A stretch of 64,000 nt of DNA from Paraspadella gotoi (taxonomy: Eukaryota; Animalia; Chaetognatha): positions 24,037,015 through 24,101,014 of the forward strand of contig CM119265.1 of the NCBI GenBank assembly GCA_051294375.1, in the 5' to 3' direction. Numbering within the stretch: position 1 is the stretch's first letter; the number at the start of each line of letters is the position of its first letter. Under the pieces are notes generated by a model. That model did no database searches and was not told the DNA's origin. It was given only the letters and a program-made list of their open reading frames with translations. This document shows, piece by piece, positions 11,663-31,498 of the stretch. Both the position numbers and the translations under genes were made by a program.

Positions 11663-14600
11663 CTCTCTCGTTTAATCGTTTTTCCAAGTATTGCTCTCAG
11701 TCGATCCAATAAACGTCAACGCACGATTCTTTCAAAGTTAAAAGATGAAAACAAGAAAGGGTAATTCGCAACGTGATGCTCTGCAGGCGAGTTTCTAATC
11801 ACAGTGTTATTTAACGAAGTGACATCATGACTACCACACGTGACCAATGACATGGCTTATCAATGGCATAGAATGAATGTTATGATATATAGATGGCGCC
11901 AGCAGTTGCTCTAGATTCGAGGCTCTTTCCGCAGTCAGCCAAAAATAACAGAGCAACTGAGGGAAAGTTACAAAAGTCAATTAATCAAATACGGGTTTGT
12001 TATTATTGCAACAAGCATGAAAGCATTTTTACATTAAGGTATTATGGTACTTTTTTATCTTTTTGTCCAAATATGAACTAAAATTGACGTAAATAGAAAA
12101 TTTTAAATGTATGGTGGGACCAAACCGATGGATCCGACCGACTGATTGACCGACTGAAAAGAGAGCTTATGAACGACGACTACATCGTCGGCGCAATAAA
12201 AATAATTGACGAACAATTCCACAATAATAAATAAGTAATAATTAAAGCGGAGAAACCTGCTCACTGGCTGTCTCGTTCAGTTTCGTATGCATCGGTCTGT
12301 CATTTTAATGTTAATTGGATGTCATTAAAATGTGCAGTTGTTCGTTCGATCGGGAAAGTGAATGACTAATCGATTATCAAAAGGGAACGCAAAAGTTTTA
12401 CAGACAAGTATCTATTGAAAGAGATAAGTAATGAACTCTCATCTCTCCTGCGTCACTTCTCTTTCTCCTCTCTCCTCATCTATCTCTGATCTCTCTGCTC
12501 TCTCGTTCTCTCTCTTCTCTCTCTCTCTTTCCAAAGTTCATACCCGTCCAACCCGAGCTTTTCTGCAATATCGCTTTGAACGCGCCACTTAATCAATAAA
12601 ATTCTACGTCCTTGTTGATGAATTTATTCCCCGCATCGCCAGCAGCGGAAAACGCGGCAGAGAGAAACTAATAAAAGAAAGAAAGATTGAACCTAGGAGA
12701 AGAGATAGAAAAGGGGAAAAAAGAAACGATCAAGAGGAATAGAGAATTAAGAAAGAAGAAATAGTAAGAGAACGAAAGAAAGAAGAATGAAGGAAAAAAG
12801 TGAAGATAGAGAGAAAGAAAAAAAAACTTAGTGAAAGAATTTAAGATCACGGTGAGAAAGGCATCAGCAGATAAGAGCAAGAGAGAAGATAGAAAGACAG
12901 AAAGACGAAAAGAGTATTAGAGACTGACGTAGAAACAGACTGGTCAGAAAGAAAACGAGAGAGACAAGCAGAACACGGGAGAGAGTTAGAACGGAGCGTA
13001 AAAGTCGAACCTCCGCGCGGACAAAGAGACTCGATTTTCGACGCGAAACTAATTTGCATAATTAAAAATTGGCGTTGAGGCTGCGGCTTCTTCGGTTCAT
13101 AATATAAGCCCGGGCGAGGCTTAATTGGCCTATTTTTAGTCGGCGACTCGCGGTTGGAAAAGGGGCCGCGGTGGCCCCCGAGCTGGGGCCGGACGGAGGG
13201 CGACCCGGTGCCCTTAGGGAAGTCATTGCGTGTCGCTGTCGGTTTCGTTTTTGTTAATTCGGTAACAAATCATTTTATAGTTCAAAAATAGCATACTGCA
13301 TTCATGCAAGGCTTACTTTTTTGTTTTTTTTGTTTTTTTTATAGACAGACAGATGTAACGGAGCGTCACACAGACAAAAAGACAGACGAAGCAGTCTGAC
13401 AGAAATAAGACTCTTATGGCAACAGCGCGTTCCTGGTGAATGCCCATTGGATAAGGGACATCTCACTGTTGGCTTTGGGGTATTCGGGCGACCCCTTAGG
13501 ACGGTGCTCGCTTTGCAACTCAGGAGGGAAGTCGTTTAGGAACTGTGGATGAACACTACGCCTGGATGGTGTGTCCCCTCGTGACGCCAAATGGATTGGC
13601 TGAAGGATGGTGGACGTGAGGCGGTGTGAATAACGTCAACACTCTGTTCATATATTCGCGGGTGCGCCAACATCTTTTATAAAAATTGAAAAATTATTTG
13701 TTTCACTATCTTTAATTTTTATTATTGTAAGATTTAAAATAACTAATTTTTATGATTTTATTTATTTGTTAAAAATCCTTTTTGATTAAATATTTAAATA
13801 TAATATTATTTATTTTGTTTGGGATGGGGATCGTTTTGGCTGTCTTCTGGAAAATAGAGGGTGCATCTACACAAACCAAAGGTTAAGATTATTTCTGTTT
13901 CATTTTCACACCAGGTGGGCATACCGAGCGCTGGCAGGTGAGAGGCTAACGTGGGTTTTCTAATAGATATCGTAATGAGAAACCTCATGATATCTGTTCA
14001 ATAATATTTTTTTCAAACTTCATTTTTCACTATTTAACTTATTTGTCATCTACATTCCAATCTCCATTACTTCTTCTTCTTCATCTTCTTCTCCGACTCA
14101 CACTGCGTTGGACGTGCTGCACAACAGTTTCTCCATTCTGAAATATTTCCTTCAACTCTCACGGCCAACGATTTCATAAAAGAAATATCAATTCGGATCC
14201 ACTGCATCACTTTTATTCTCTTCGGTTTCATGTCTTCGATTCTCTGCCATTTTCTTCTCAGCACGCCAAAAGAAACTCAAGCTTTCGCAGTAGAACGATG
14301 CACTTTTCAATTTCAATTACATACCGCGAATTCTCAGCCGCTAAACTACTTACCTTAACCTACTTCCCATTTTCCTTACACGGCCATGATATCAGCCGTT
14401 TTCCTCGCTCCACAATTTTCCCTCATCACTCTTCACTTTCCGAATTTCACCCTGTCACCGTCCCCACCTTCTTCTCCCGAGGTCCGTGGAGGAAAACCGT
14501 TTTCGAAGAATTTTCCTACGAACGAACGAATCGACTCTGGACCGTAAGAAAGCCAAACAAAACCGAGCGCCTCTCTCTCTCTCATCTCTCTCCATCTCTC

Positions 14601-15240
14601 TTCTCTCTCATCTCTGCGTCTCTCTCTCTCGTCCTCTCTCTTCTTCATACTCTCTTCATCTCTTCTCTCTCTCTTTCATTCTTCTCTCTTCTCTTTTTCT
14701 CTTCTTCTCGTCTCTCCTCTCTCTGCCCTCTCTCTCTCTCTCTCTCTCTATCTCCTCTCTCTCTTTTCCTTTTTTTTTTCCTCCTACAAATTTGCCGCGA
14801 ATTTCGCCGCTCGACATTAACGAGTCATACAACATTGTGAATTTTTATGAGAAACTTTCTCCTCTGTGTTCCACGTTCACTTCTTTCCTTCTTACTTCCT
14901 TACTTCCTTCCTTCCTTGCTTTTTCTTTCCATCCTTCCTTCCTTCCTTCGCTTTACCTATCCTTCCTTCGTTCCTTCCATTCCTTCCTTCCTTCCTTCTT
15001 CTTTTCTTTATTCTTTTTCTTTCTTTCTTTCTTTTCTTATCTTATCTTTCTTTCTCTCCTTCCTTTTCTTTTCTTTCTTTCTTCATAAATTCATTTGATT
15101 TTCCTTTAAATCTCGAATTTTATAAGTACGAGGGTTACTGAAACAGCGAGAGAGTCATCCATCAAGAATTGAGAATTCACATTTGCTTGATAGCTGAGAG
15201 CGAAAGAGGAGAGAGAGAGAGAGAGAGACGAGAGGAGAGC

Positions 15241-15273
<33 letters not shown>

Positions 15274-16225
15274 AGAGAGAGAAAGAAGAGAGTTCTTATT
15301 ATAATATGCGAGAATGAGAAATTAAACTGTTGGTGAAGCGACAAATGACACGGAGCGAATTTATAGTTACACTAACATTTTTGAAAAAATCTGAACCATG
15401 TCTATCGATTGGTAATAAAGCAACGTCAGCGGGTTTGACCCGCATAGACCATTCGTGAAAAAGGCTGGGTGGCATGACAAACAACGGAACCTCGAGTCGC
15501 ACAACGAGCTGGAAAGGGCAATGTGTTCGAAGAAAACACAGGCTAACAAATGGAAAAGCGAGCGGGAGAGAAACGGCTGGAACGGGAAGATGGGCCCAGC
15601 TACTGTAGGAAAGGCGAAACCAAGTCGGAACAAAGACAAAAATAGAAGGAGGGAAAGAGAGAAGAGAGAGAGAGAGCAGACGAGAAGAAGAGGCAGGGAA
15701 GAGAGAGAGTAGAGAGAGAGCGAGGGAAGAGAGCCGAGAAGAGAGAGGAGGTAGAGAGGAGAGGAGAGACCGAGAGCAGGAGTGAACACGTTGAAAAGGA
15801 TGAAAATAAACTGTAGCAAAAAATGGCGAATGTGAAAAGAAGTAGCAATTTAAAAGTAATTTTGTTGCGCGTAAAAACTGTATGATTCAAGTCCGAAACA
15901 AGTTAAGAGAGAGAAAAAGAGATTATTAAGATATTGGAGAAAATAAGGCAGAAAGGGCAAAAAATAGGGCAAAGGAGAAACTGGTCGGCGGAAGGAAAGG
16001 AAAACGAGGGGGAAAATTACGGCAGAGAGCAAAAAACTCGTTGGCGGCGTTTCATCCCTCGTTACTTAAAGCAAATTTATGTTTTGTTTTCCGCGCATAT
16101 AACTCTCGCTCGGTGAATAATAGGGGAGAGAGGGGGGAGTGGAGAGCGAGAGAGAGATAGAAGAGAGAAAGAGAGGGAGGGAGAAGCAGAGAGAGAGAGA
16201 AGAGAGAGAGAGAGACAGAAGAGAG

Positions 16226-16257
<32 letters not shown>

Positions 16258-17249
16258 GCAGAGAGAAGAGAGAGAGGAGCTCGAAGAATGCCGCCTCTAA
16301 AGAACAGTTTTTTTTTTGCGACTTGGTTTTTAGTTTCGTCCACTTTAGGTCCATTTGGAGGAAAATCGAGAAGAGCTCTCGCTTCTTTCTCTACCTATCG
16401 ACTGTCATCTCCTCCCTCGGCCCCCCCCCTCGCTCTCGCCATTGATTTTACTTCCATTAGTGTTCTTTTGTTTTTGTTTCTTCCTTTTGTGACTGCTTAA
16501 TGGGTAGTTCTATGAACGGTTAACATGTCACCGCAGTTTAAGCTCCTATCAAATTCTTATCAACCGTATTATTGATAACAGAACGAGAAACACCTGTTGA
16601 CGCATTTAAATATTTTAATCTTATTCTTGGAAAATGATCGCCATCTCTTTTACATCTTCTCGATAAGAACAACTCCTCCCAACTTTAATTCCTCCAGATC
16701 ATCTACTATTTGTTTTTCTAAATCGTACCTTCATCTAAAATCTTTGTTTCCTGTATTCAAAGAAGCCGTTTTCTCTAGGAAACAGTATAAAAAAAAAAAA
16801 CTGGTTTAAAATAGTCTAAAATTTCCCGCTCAAATTTGCTAACGATGTTATTTTACATCTGCCCCGTTCATCAGGAAAACTATAAAAACTTTTAAACCGT
16901 CGTTTAATAATCTTTTTTTACTTTCCGCTCCTGTATCAATTCCGCGCTCCTCCTGATCTTAACGATCATTTTACTTCTACTCCTCCCACGAAACCAAAGC
17001 TCCTATAAAAAAACAAACCGTGTCCGCTCCTCAATCGCCTACCCCATAATCGCGAGGTACATTCTCGCCTCTGGTCACGGATCCATTCGATGGAAAGAGA
17101 AACGAGATATTAAAAAAAAAAGAAAGAGAGAAAATGAAAAAATGAAAAAAAAAGGTTGGGATCTAAAATAGATCCGAGGGGCGAATGAAATATTTAACGG
17201 CGAGAGACGTAGATGGAGGGAGATGGAACGCCGGAAACCGAGAGAGAGA

Positions 17250-17287
<38 letters not shown>

Positions 17288-17492
17288 TGAGAGAGGAGAG
17301 AGAGAGAGAGAGAGAGAGAGCGCGGCGAAATGGGGATCTAAACATGACGATAGATCGTAAAAGATGATGATATAAAAACGACTTTTCGTCTGACCGACAG
17401 CCAAGGAAAAAAAAATTGGAGAAGAGTAAGTGGCAGAGGGAGGTGAGGAAATTTAGGAAGGAGAGTGGAAAAGAGGAGGAAGGATAAAAAAG
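11663..17492 (+). repeat. Copy A of a ~6-kb direct duplication (probable assembly redundancy)
   Basis: Collinear with 17735-24162 throughout; differences are mostly 1-2 bp indels; ends at a 25-N gap. Confidence 0.95.
13041..13140. promoter_or_regulatory. Candidate promoter/enhancer motif cluster: octamer, TATA-like, TAATTG, MEF2
   Basis: ATTTGCAT 13052-13059, tataag ~13103, TTAATTGG 13121, CTATTTTTAG 13130-13139; all retained in copy B (20075-20160). Confidence 0.35.
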
Positions 17493-17734
17493 NNNNNNNN
17501 NNNNNNNNNNNNNNNNNTAATATACAATACAATAAACTACAACGAATTTTAATATATTACTGCGATACCATCCAGTAGTATCAGCTTCTTTGCTGACTCC
17601 AACTAGGAAAAATATTTATTTTCTCATACACATTAAATTTTAGGGAGTTTTACGCTATGGCTCTTTTGCAACAAAGCCAAAATATATTTAGTCTAGATCT
17701 CAGCAGTGTTTGCTTTCTTTCTAAAAAAATGTAC

Positions 17735-24162
<6,428 letters not shown>

Positions 24163-24743
24163 AAAAGAGAGAAAGGCGGGGGAAAAAGGGAAAAGGAAAG
24201 GAAAAGAAAGAAATGTGAAATGAAAGTAGAAGAAAAGAGGAAAGGAAAGAGAAAAGAGAAAAACAAGAAGGGAAATTCAAATGTGTGTTGAGCCGCAGCG
24301 ACTTTCTTAGCCCGTTTTTATTCTTTATAGCAACTAATAAGGAGATCAAAATAAATACAGAGAACAGAAATAAGGAAACGAAAAGGTCAGGAAAAAAAAA
24401 CCAAGAAATATAAACAAAAGGAAGCAAAGGAAAGGAAAAGGAAAGAGAAAAGAAAAAAAAAGTAAAGAAAAAAAAGTAAGAGCGAAAAAAAATGTCGCTG
24501 CGGGGAAGAAAAAGGAAGCGAACGACATCTCAGCTCAGGTGTATGGATTACATCGGAAAAAAAATACCGAGACTCTTCCGGCGTTTTCGTTCGTCGTGTC
24601 GTCTGTCGTCGTCGTCGTCGTCGTCGTCAGCGTTGTTTGTTGTTTCGTGATTGTCTCATGGGATTCATAAACAAGCATACGAGTAGGATTACTTTTACCC
24701 AGTACAATAACTAGTAAGATAAAGCAAAAGACGAAGGGAAGAG

Positions 24744-24817
<74 letters not shown>

Positions 24818-27800
24818 CTTCTCTCTCTCTTTTCCTTCTATATCTATCTCTCTCCTTTCCCAAAACGGGTTAATTGCCCAAGGCGCTGTGCAACCCTTCC
24901 GAGTGAAGTAATCTGCCAAGAATTCCATTTTGGTTTTGTTAGACGCTTCGCTGCACCCGGGCACGCCCCCTTTGTTCTCAGTGGCATCGAGGTTTTTGGA
25001 GGAAGTCTTCTGTCAGAAGCATTAACGGACGAGAAATTTAAAAAAAAAAAATAAAGAAAATCTAAGGACTTCTTCGTAATTTCGATAGAAATTAAATATC
25101 TGTTGAGCAGACGAATTACTGGACAACAGACGAATAAAATATGCTATAGAATGTATCAAGAAAAGGTTGGTAGCTAAAAAGTAGTTTTAAAAGTAAACGA
25201 AGGAGAAAAAAGCGACGCCTTTCGTCATCAACGGAAACGAATCGAGGAGAAAATAATGGAAACAAAAGAGCAGTATTTGCAGCTTGTGAAATGATTAAAT
25301 CGAGTTCATGAAAGAGAGTAATATTTTAAGAACAAAGAAGGAATATAAAAAAATGATAAAAATGAAGAGAAATAAAAAAGTAATAGTCGAACGAAAAGAC
25401 GAAAACGCCACTCGTGATTCTAACTCCAAAAGAAAAAAGGAATAGAGACCAAACATATGAAAACGAAAGGAAAGAAAGAAAAAAAGTTCTCTTTCTCCCT
25501 TTTCCGAATNNNNNNNNNNNNNNNNNNNNNNNNNNNNNNNNNNNNNNNNNNNNNNNNNNNNNNNNNNNNNNNNNNNNNNNNNNNNNNNNNNNNNNNNNNN
25601 NNNNNNNNNNNNNNNNNNNNNNNNNNNNNNNNNNNNNNNNNNNNNNNNNNNNNNNNNNNNNNNNNNNNNNNNNNNNNNNNNNNNNNNNNNNNNNNNNNNN
25701 NNNNNNNNNNNNNNNNNNNNNNNNNNNNNNNNNNNNNNNNNNNNNNNNNNNNNNNNNNNNNNNNNNNNNNNNNNNNNNNNNNNNNNNNNNNNNNNNNNNN
25801 NNNNNNNNNNNNNNNNNNNNNNNNNNNNNNNNNNNNNNNNNNNNNNNNNNNNNNNNNNNNNNNNNNNNNNNNNNNNNNNNNNNNNNNNNNNNNNNNNNNN
25901 NNNNNNNNNNNNNNNNNNNNNNNNNNNNNNNNNNNNNNNNNNNNNNNNNNNNNNNNNNNNNNNNNNNNNNNNNNNNNNNNNNNNNNNNNNNNNNNNNNNN
26001 NNNNNNNNNNNNNNNNNNNNNNNNNNNNNNNNNNNNNNNNNNNNNNNNNNNNNNNNNNNNNNNNNNNNNNNNNNNNNNNNNNNNNNNNNNNNNNNNNNNN
26101 NNNNNNNNNNNNNNNNNNNNNNNNNNNNNNNNNNNNNNNNNNNNNNNNNNNNNNNNCAACAAGAAAAGCACCGATGCCCGGCGGCACGCGGCGACGCCGT
26201 AATGCGCGACGCCTGAAAATGTCCATCTGGGCGACGAGAGACCGACGACCGAACGAGACGACGAACAACCCGACGTACGACGAACATACTCATGATGATG
26301 ATGGTATGAAGAAGTTAAGAGAGGTTAACCTCGCTCATGCGACTGTGCACGGTCGAAATATATATTGTCTGTGTGTATAATACCATCTTGCTCCCGAGGT
26401 TGATGATCGGAGATCCGTTGCACTATAATTTGAGGAGCCGGTCGCGTGCCTGACCGGGAAGCCAGATGGGCAGGGGTCGGATGGAAAGGGGGGTGGAAAG
26501 GGGGGTGGAGGTAAAAGGGGCGGAGGAGAGGTGAAGATGTCGAGTCGGTCCTGGCTTGGTTCTGCCCTCTTTGTTGCTTTTGTTGTTGAGAACAAAATTG
26601 CTTGTTTGTTAGAGAATTGCTTGTTGCTTTGAAGCAGTGGGTTTTATTGGTGTTGCAGGGGCTGCAAGTTTATTTGGGGGCTAAGACGACGTCTTTCACT
26701 GTTAACTGAGCAGGTCTTGTGTGACTTCTCTTTTTATTTTTGTACTTTTCTTCTCTCTTTTTTCACTCTCTCCCGCTTCTTTGTTGTTCTTGTTATTACC
26801 TCGTACCTAGCATCTATTTGACGCCCCACCTTTTTACCTGAAAAATATTTTATTTCTCGCGAATTTTTACGCTTTTTATCAGTTTTTTTCCAACATTTCT
26901 TTCTTCTTTTTCTATTTTCCTGCTACTATAGTTTCAACAATACATCCTTTTCATTTCTTACAAACCGATGCAAAAAGCGAGCGTTTAATTTCACGCTTTT
27001 TGGTTAATTTTTTTTTTTTTAACAACTCCTCTGCTCATTTTGTCTTTTTTTCATGAATTTCAATGCGTCAAAAGTTCGGATCCTATTTACGACATTTAAA
27101 ACCGATTATGACTCGCTGGACAACCGGAACAGTTAATATTACAAGATAATGGACAATCTTTAATTCTGATTGATCTGTATTTCGTTTTGACGTCCTATTC
27201 TCTTTCATACTTAAAGCAAGTCCAGAGCGAGCACTAAGTAGGCGAGACTATATGTAGAGACACGAAGAGAGGAGGAGAGAGAGGAGAAGAGAGAGAGAGA
27301 GAGATGAGTAGGTCAGAACCTGATGAGAGAGAGAGAGAGACGAAAGGAGAGATGAAGCGAGAAAAAGTAACGTCGGTGTGGTCAGAGTGGTCCCGAATTC
27401 GAGTGTGTGGGGAACCCTAATCTTGATATCATGAATATGGCAGGAAAAATCACGAAAATTCTCTCTCTTCTCCTCTCTATCTCTGATCTCTCTGGCTCTC
27501 TCTCTCATCTCTCTCTCTCTCTCTCTCGTTCTCTCTCTCTTCCTCTCTGCTTCTCTCTCCTCTCCTCTCTCTCTCCCCCTTTTGCGCGCCATCTCAGCCG
27601 GGAATAAAAGATGTCTTCACCAGGCACCGGCTCCCTCGGTCGCCGGAAACACGTCGACCGGCACCCCATCTCTTCGCCGCCGGACAACCAGTTTTCACTT
27701 TCGCGCAAGCTCCCATTTTGGCGTGCACCTCTGCCTCGTGATTCATGAATGAGACGCTGTTGGTTATAGGGCGGGAATCGTTATTTAAAGATTTTTATTC

Positions 27801-27941
27801 CATCTGCACATCACGCTGCCATCTCGCTCGCGCCTTGCGCCTCGCGGGGCGTCTTTCAAACTTTTTCTTTTCTCTCTCGCTCTCTCTCTCTCTCTTTTCT
27901 TTTTTCTGACGTGAAAAATAGTGAGAAGGGGCGAGAGGGGG

Positions 27942-27974
<33 letters not shown>

Positions 27975-28281
27975 NNNNNNNNNNNNNNNNNNNNNNNNNN
28001 NNNNNNNNNNNNNNNNNNNNNNNNNNNNNNNNNNNNNNNNNNNNNNNNNNNNNNNNNNNNNNNNNNNNNNNNNNNNNNNNNNNNNNNNNNNNNNNNNNNN
28101 NNNNNNNNNNNNNNNNNNNNNNNNNNNNNNNNNNNNNNNNNNNNNNNNNNNNNNNNNNNNNNNNNNNNNNNNNNNNNNNNNNNNNNNNNNNNNNNNNNNN
28201 NTTTTTTTTTCTTTTTTACCCTCATTTACTGATTCTGTGAAAAAAGAAAAAAAATCCCCTTTTCTCATCTGAAATTCTTTT

Positions 28282-28460
28282 TCATTCTCTTCGTATAAGT
28301 TGGAAATTTGATGATGATGATGAGGATGATACTGATGATGATATATCGTTCTGATGATGATCATGGTATCCACGGACCACGGTGATGACAACGATATCCG
28401 TGACGATTAATATGACAGCGCCGATGATTATCACAAAGTGATAGAAACGAGACTTATAAT
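28282..28460 (-). CDS. Possible terminal exon with a transmembrane helix (YKSRFYHFVIIIGAVILIVTDIVVITVVRGYHDHHQNDISSS...RRE*)
   Basis: Acceptor tataccag, open phase-1 frame to TGA, ~21-aa non-repetitive hydrophobic stretch; no partner exons found. Confidence 0.4.
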
Positions 28461-29563
28461 CTGGTATACATTTTTATTTTTTTATTTGAAAATATTTTCG
28501 AGTCATCGCTTTCCTTTTGCTCCCAAAAAAACCTTTTTTTTCATTCTTTCTCTTTTCAACCAAAAACAAATATTTTTTTTCATATTTTCCTTCTCTCTCT
28601 CCTCCTACCCCAGGACAAGCTCAATTAAGATCCTCTTTTTCTGACTCGCGTCTTTGAACCCATTTCCTCCTCTCTCCCTCTAATAAACAAAATAAATTCC
28701 TTCCTCTCTCTCNNNNNNNNNNNNNNNNNNNNNNNNNNNNNNNNNNNNNNNNNNNNNNNNNNNNNNNNNNNNNNNNNNNNNNNNNNNNNNNNNNNNNNNN
28801 NNNNNNNNNNNNNNNNNNNNNNNNNNNNNNNNNNNNNNNNNNTCTCTCTCTCTCTTCATAACAAAATAATCCGCCTTGGTCCCCCCGGATGTAAATGTAA
28901 GCCGAGGTCGCGTCCCCGGATGTTATTGCCTCACAAGGTCTAGTCCCCGTATGTAATACTCCGGATATCCTCGTCGCCGATGCGAGTCTGTCGGACTGGA
29001 GCCTTTGTCAACAAGTGGAAGGCGAGGTCAGGGTGGGTGATGAGTGGGGGACTGAGGGTGGGTGAGCTGTATTGTGGGCGTAGCATTGGACTCTGATGCC
29101 GGGAAAGGTGAAGACTCAAGAGTTTAAATCCCCAAAAAACAATAAATATATTAATATTGCCTCTTGATGTGAAATTTGGCTCAAACACATGGGTTGCGCT
29201 TATGTCCAAAAAAAGTTCACTGTGAGGTTTTCACTGTCAAATTTTCACTGCCTTAAGATCTTCACAAAATTCTCGCCTCTTTTAAAATTGAGCAAATATG
29301 AAGTTAAAAGAAAAACAAATTTTCGGGGGAAGTCAATCGTTCAGAGACGAAAGGCAATGAAAGGGTCCTCTGGGTTCGCGATAGGAGAGGAAGAGGAAGA
29401 GGAAAGAAAAGGAAGGTGGGTGACAGTTTGAAGAATTATGAAAAAGAAAAAAACTCGGAAAGAGAGAAGCAGAGAGAGAGGAGAGACGAGAGAAGAGAGT
29501 AGAGAGAAGCAAGAGGAGGAGAGAAGAGAGAGAGAAAAAAGATAGATGATAGGAGGGAGAGAG

Positions 29564-29599
<36 letters not shown>

Positions 29600-30024
29600 A
29601 GAAAGAGGAGAGATAAGAGATAGATGACAGAGAGAGGCAGAGCGAGCAAAAGTAAGTTAAGGGTGACGATCTGAACCGTTCGCCGCTTCCGGTTTCATCC
29701 GACACCNNNNNNNNNNNNNNNNNNNNNNNNNNNNNNNNNNNNNNNNNNNNNNNNNNNNNNNNNNNNNNNNNNNNNNNNNNNNNNNNNNNNNNNNNNNNNN
29801 NNNNNNNNNNNNNNNNNNNNNNNNNNNNNNNNNNNNNNNNNNNNNNNNNNNNNNNNNNNNNNNNNNNNNNNNNNNNNNNNNNNNNNNNNNNNNNNNNNNN
29901 NNNNNNNNNNNNNNNNNNNNNNNNNNNNNNNNNNNNNNNNNNNNNNNNNNNNNNNNNNNNNNNNNNNNNNNNNNNNNNNNNNNNNNNNNNNNNNNNNNNN
30001 NNNNNNNNNNNNNNNNNNNNNNNN

Positions 30025-30060
<36 letters not shown>

Positions 30061-30234
30061 GACATGACCTTCGACGTTTCTGCGACGCCACTCTCGATGT
30101 CTCAACGTCGGTCATGTGAGTGTTGTTGTTGTTGTTGTTGTCGGTTTTTTGTCGTTGTTGTTGTAGTTTCAGTAGGTTTTTTCTTTTTGACCATCAATAA
30201 TGCATTTTATTTGTCGGTTTATTGATATCAGTCT

Positions 30235-30445
30235 GTCCATCCATCTGTCCATCCAACCTTCCATCGAAATGTTCATCCATATATCCATCTATCTATGCGT
30301 TCGTCCAAACATCCATCTTTTCATTAATCCATAAAATCCATGCATCCATCAATTTATCCATCCATCCATCCATCCATCTATCATTCATTCATCCAAGTAT
30401 TTATTCATCGATCCGTCCATCCATCCAATCCATCAAATCCATTTA
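30235..30445. repeat. Degenerate (ATCC)n microsatellite
   Basis: Seen directly. Confidence 0.85.
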
Positions 30446-30774
30446 TCCGTCTCTCGATCATAGGTTTCAGTCCTTCAAAAACTCTGATACGAGGTCAAGG
30501 TTTCTTCCCTCGGGGTCAAAAGGGGTCAAAAAATGTCAAAAGGTCAAAGTTGAGATTCGACGTTCGAATCGAAAAAAAAAAAAAGAAAAAAGAAAAAAAA
30601 AAAAACGTAACAAAGAAACTCAACATCATTTTTTTTCGATCTTCGTTTCGATTTGACGGAAATCGTCGCGATTCCGTCGATGGAATTATTTTCCATCGAT
30701 GATGATGATGATGATGATGATGATGAAGATGATGATCAGAAAGGATTTGATGGAATTCGTTCTACGTATTGAAT

Positions 30775-31026
30775 AATCAAATCAAATCAAATATAAATCA
30801 AATCAAATCAAATCAAATATAAATAAGATCAAATAAAATCAAATATAAATCGAATCAAATCAAATCAAATCAAATCAAATATAAATCAAATCAAATCAAA
30901 TCAAATCAAATATAAATCAAATATAAATCAAATATAAATCAAATCAAATCAAATATATATCCAATCCAATCAAATCAAATCAAATATAAATCAAATCAAA
31001 TCAAATATAAATCAAATCAAAATCAA
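30775..31026. repeat. (AAATC)n microsatellite with AAATAT variants
   Basis: Seen directly. Confidence 0.95.
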
Positions 31027-31036
31027 TTTTCCTCAC

Positions 31037-31191
31037 TTTTTAAGAATCCTCTTTTTCGTCGCCCTTATCTTTTCGATGTGTCGATAGGTGAGTTTCCTTG
31101 GATCTCCCAATGCGTCGACTTCGTTCTTATCGAAGGTGAAATCTCGTTTGGGTTTCGTCGGGGTTATCACTTGGATGCGGGGCACAGTGTT
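31037..31191 (-). CDS. Orphan gene exon 9 (NTVPRIQVITPTKPKRDFTFDKNEVDALGDPRKLTYRHIEKIRATKKRILK)
   Basis: Acceptor tttctcttcgcccccag, donor gtgagg; phase 0 to 2. Confidence 0.8.
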
Positions 31192-31380
31192 CTGGGGGCG
31201 AAGAGAAATGGGTTTCGGAGGGGGGAGGGGCACAATAGTAAACTTTTTTTGTTGTTGTTGTGAAATATTCCTTAGATATATTTTTCTCATAATTGTGAAG
31301 GACGAATTATATCTGTAGCTCAACTACTACTTTAATAAAAACTAAAAGAAACGCTACAATCTATCTCCCTCCAAACTCAC

Positions 31381-31498
31381 GCAATGAGGAGCAATCTTGT
31401 CTTTGATGGCGTCATATTTTTCCGTCCACCAACGAATCGATCCCTTTGGCGTCGGCTGAGCGATGGTGTATTCGGCGTGAAGGACTCCCGCCGCCACC
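31381..31498 (-). CDS. Orphan gene exon 8 (VAAGVLHAEYTIAQPTPKGSIRWWTEKYDAIKDKIAPHC)
   Basis: Acceptor ggacag, donor gtgagt; phase 2 to 0, consistent with both neighbours. Confidence 0.8.

Noticed and set aside
28930-29030. Ig DxGxY-like motif on the - strand
   Set aside because: Requires assuming several indels; no frame supports it as written.
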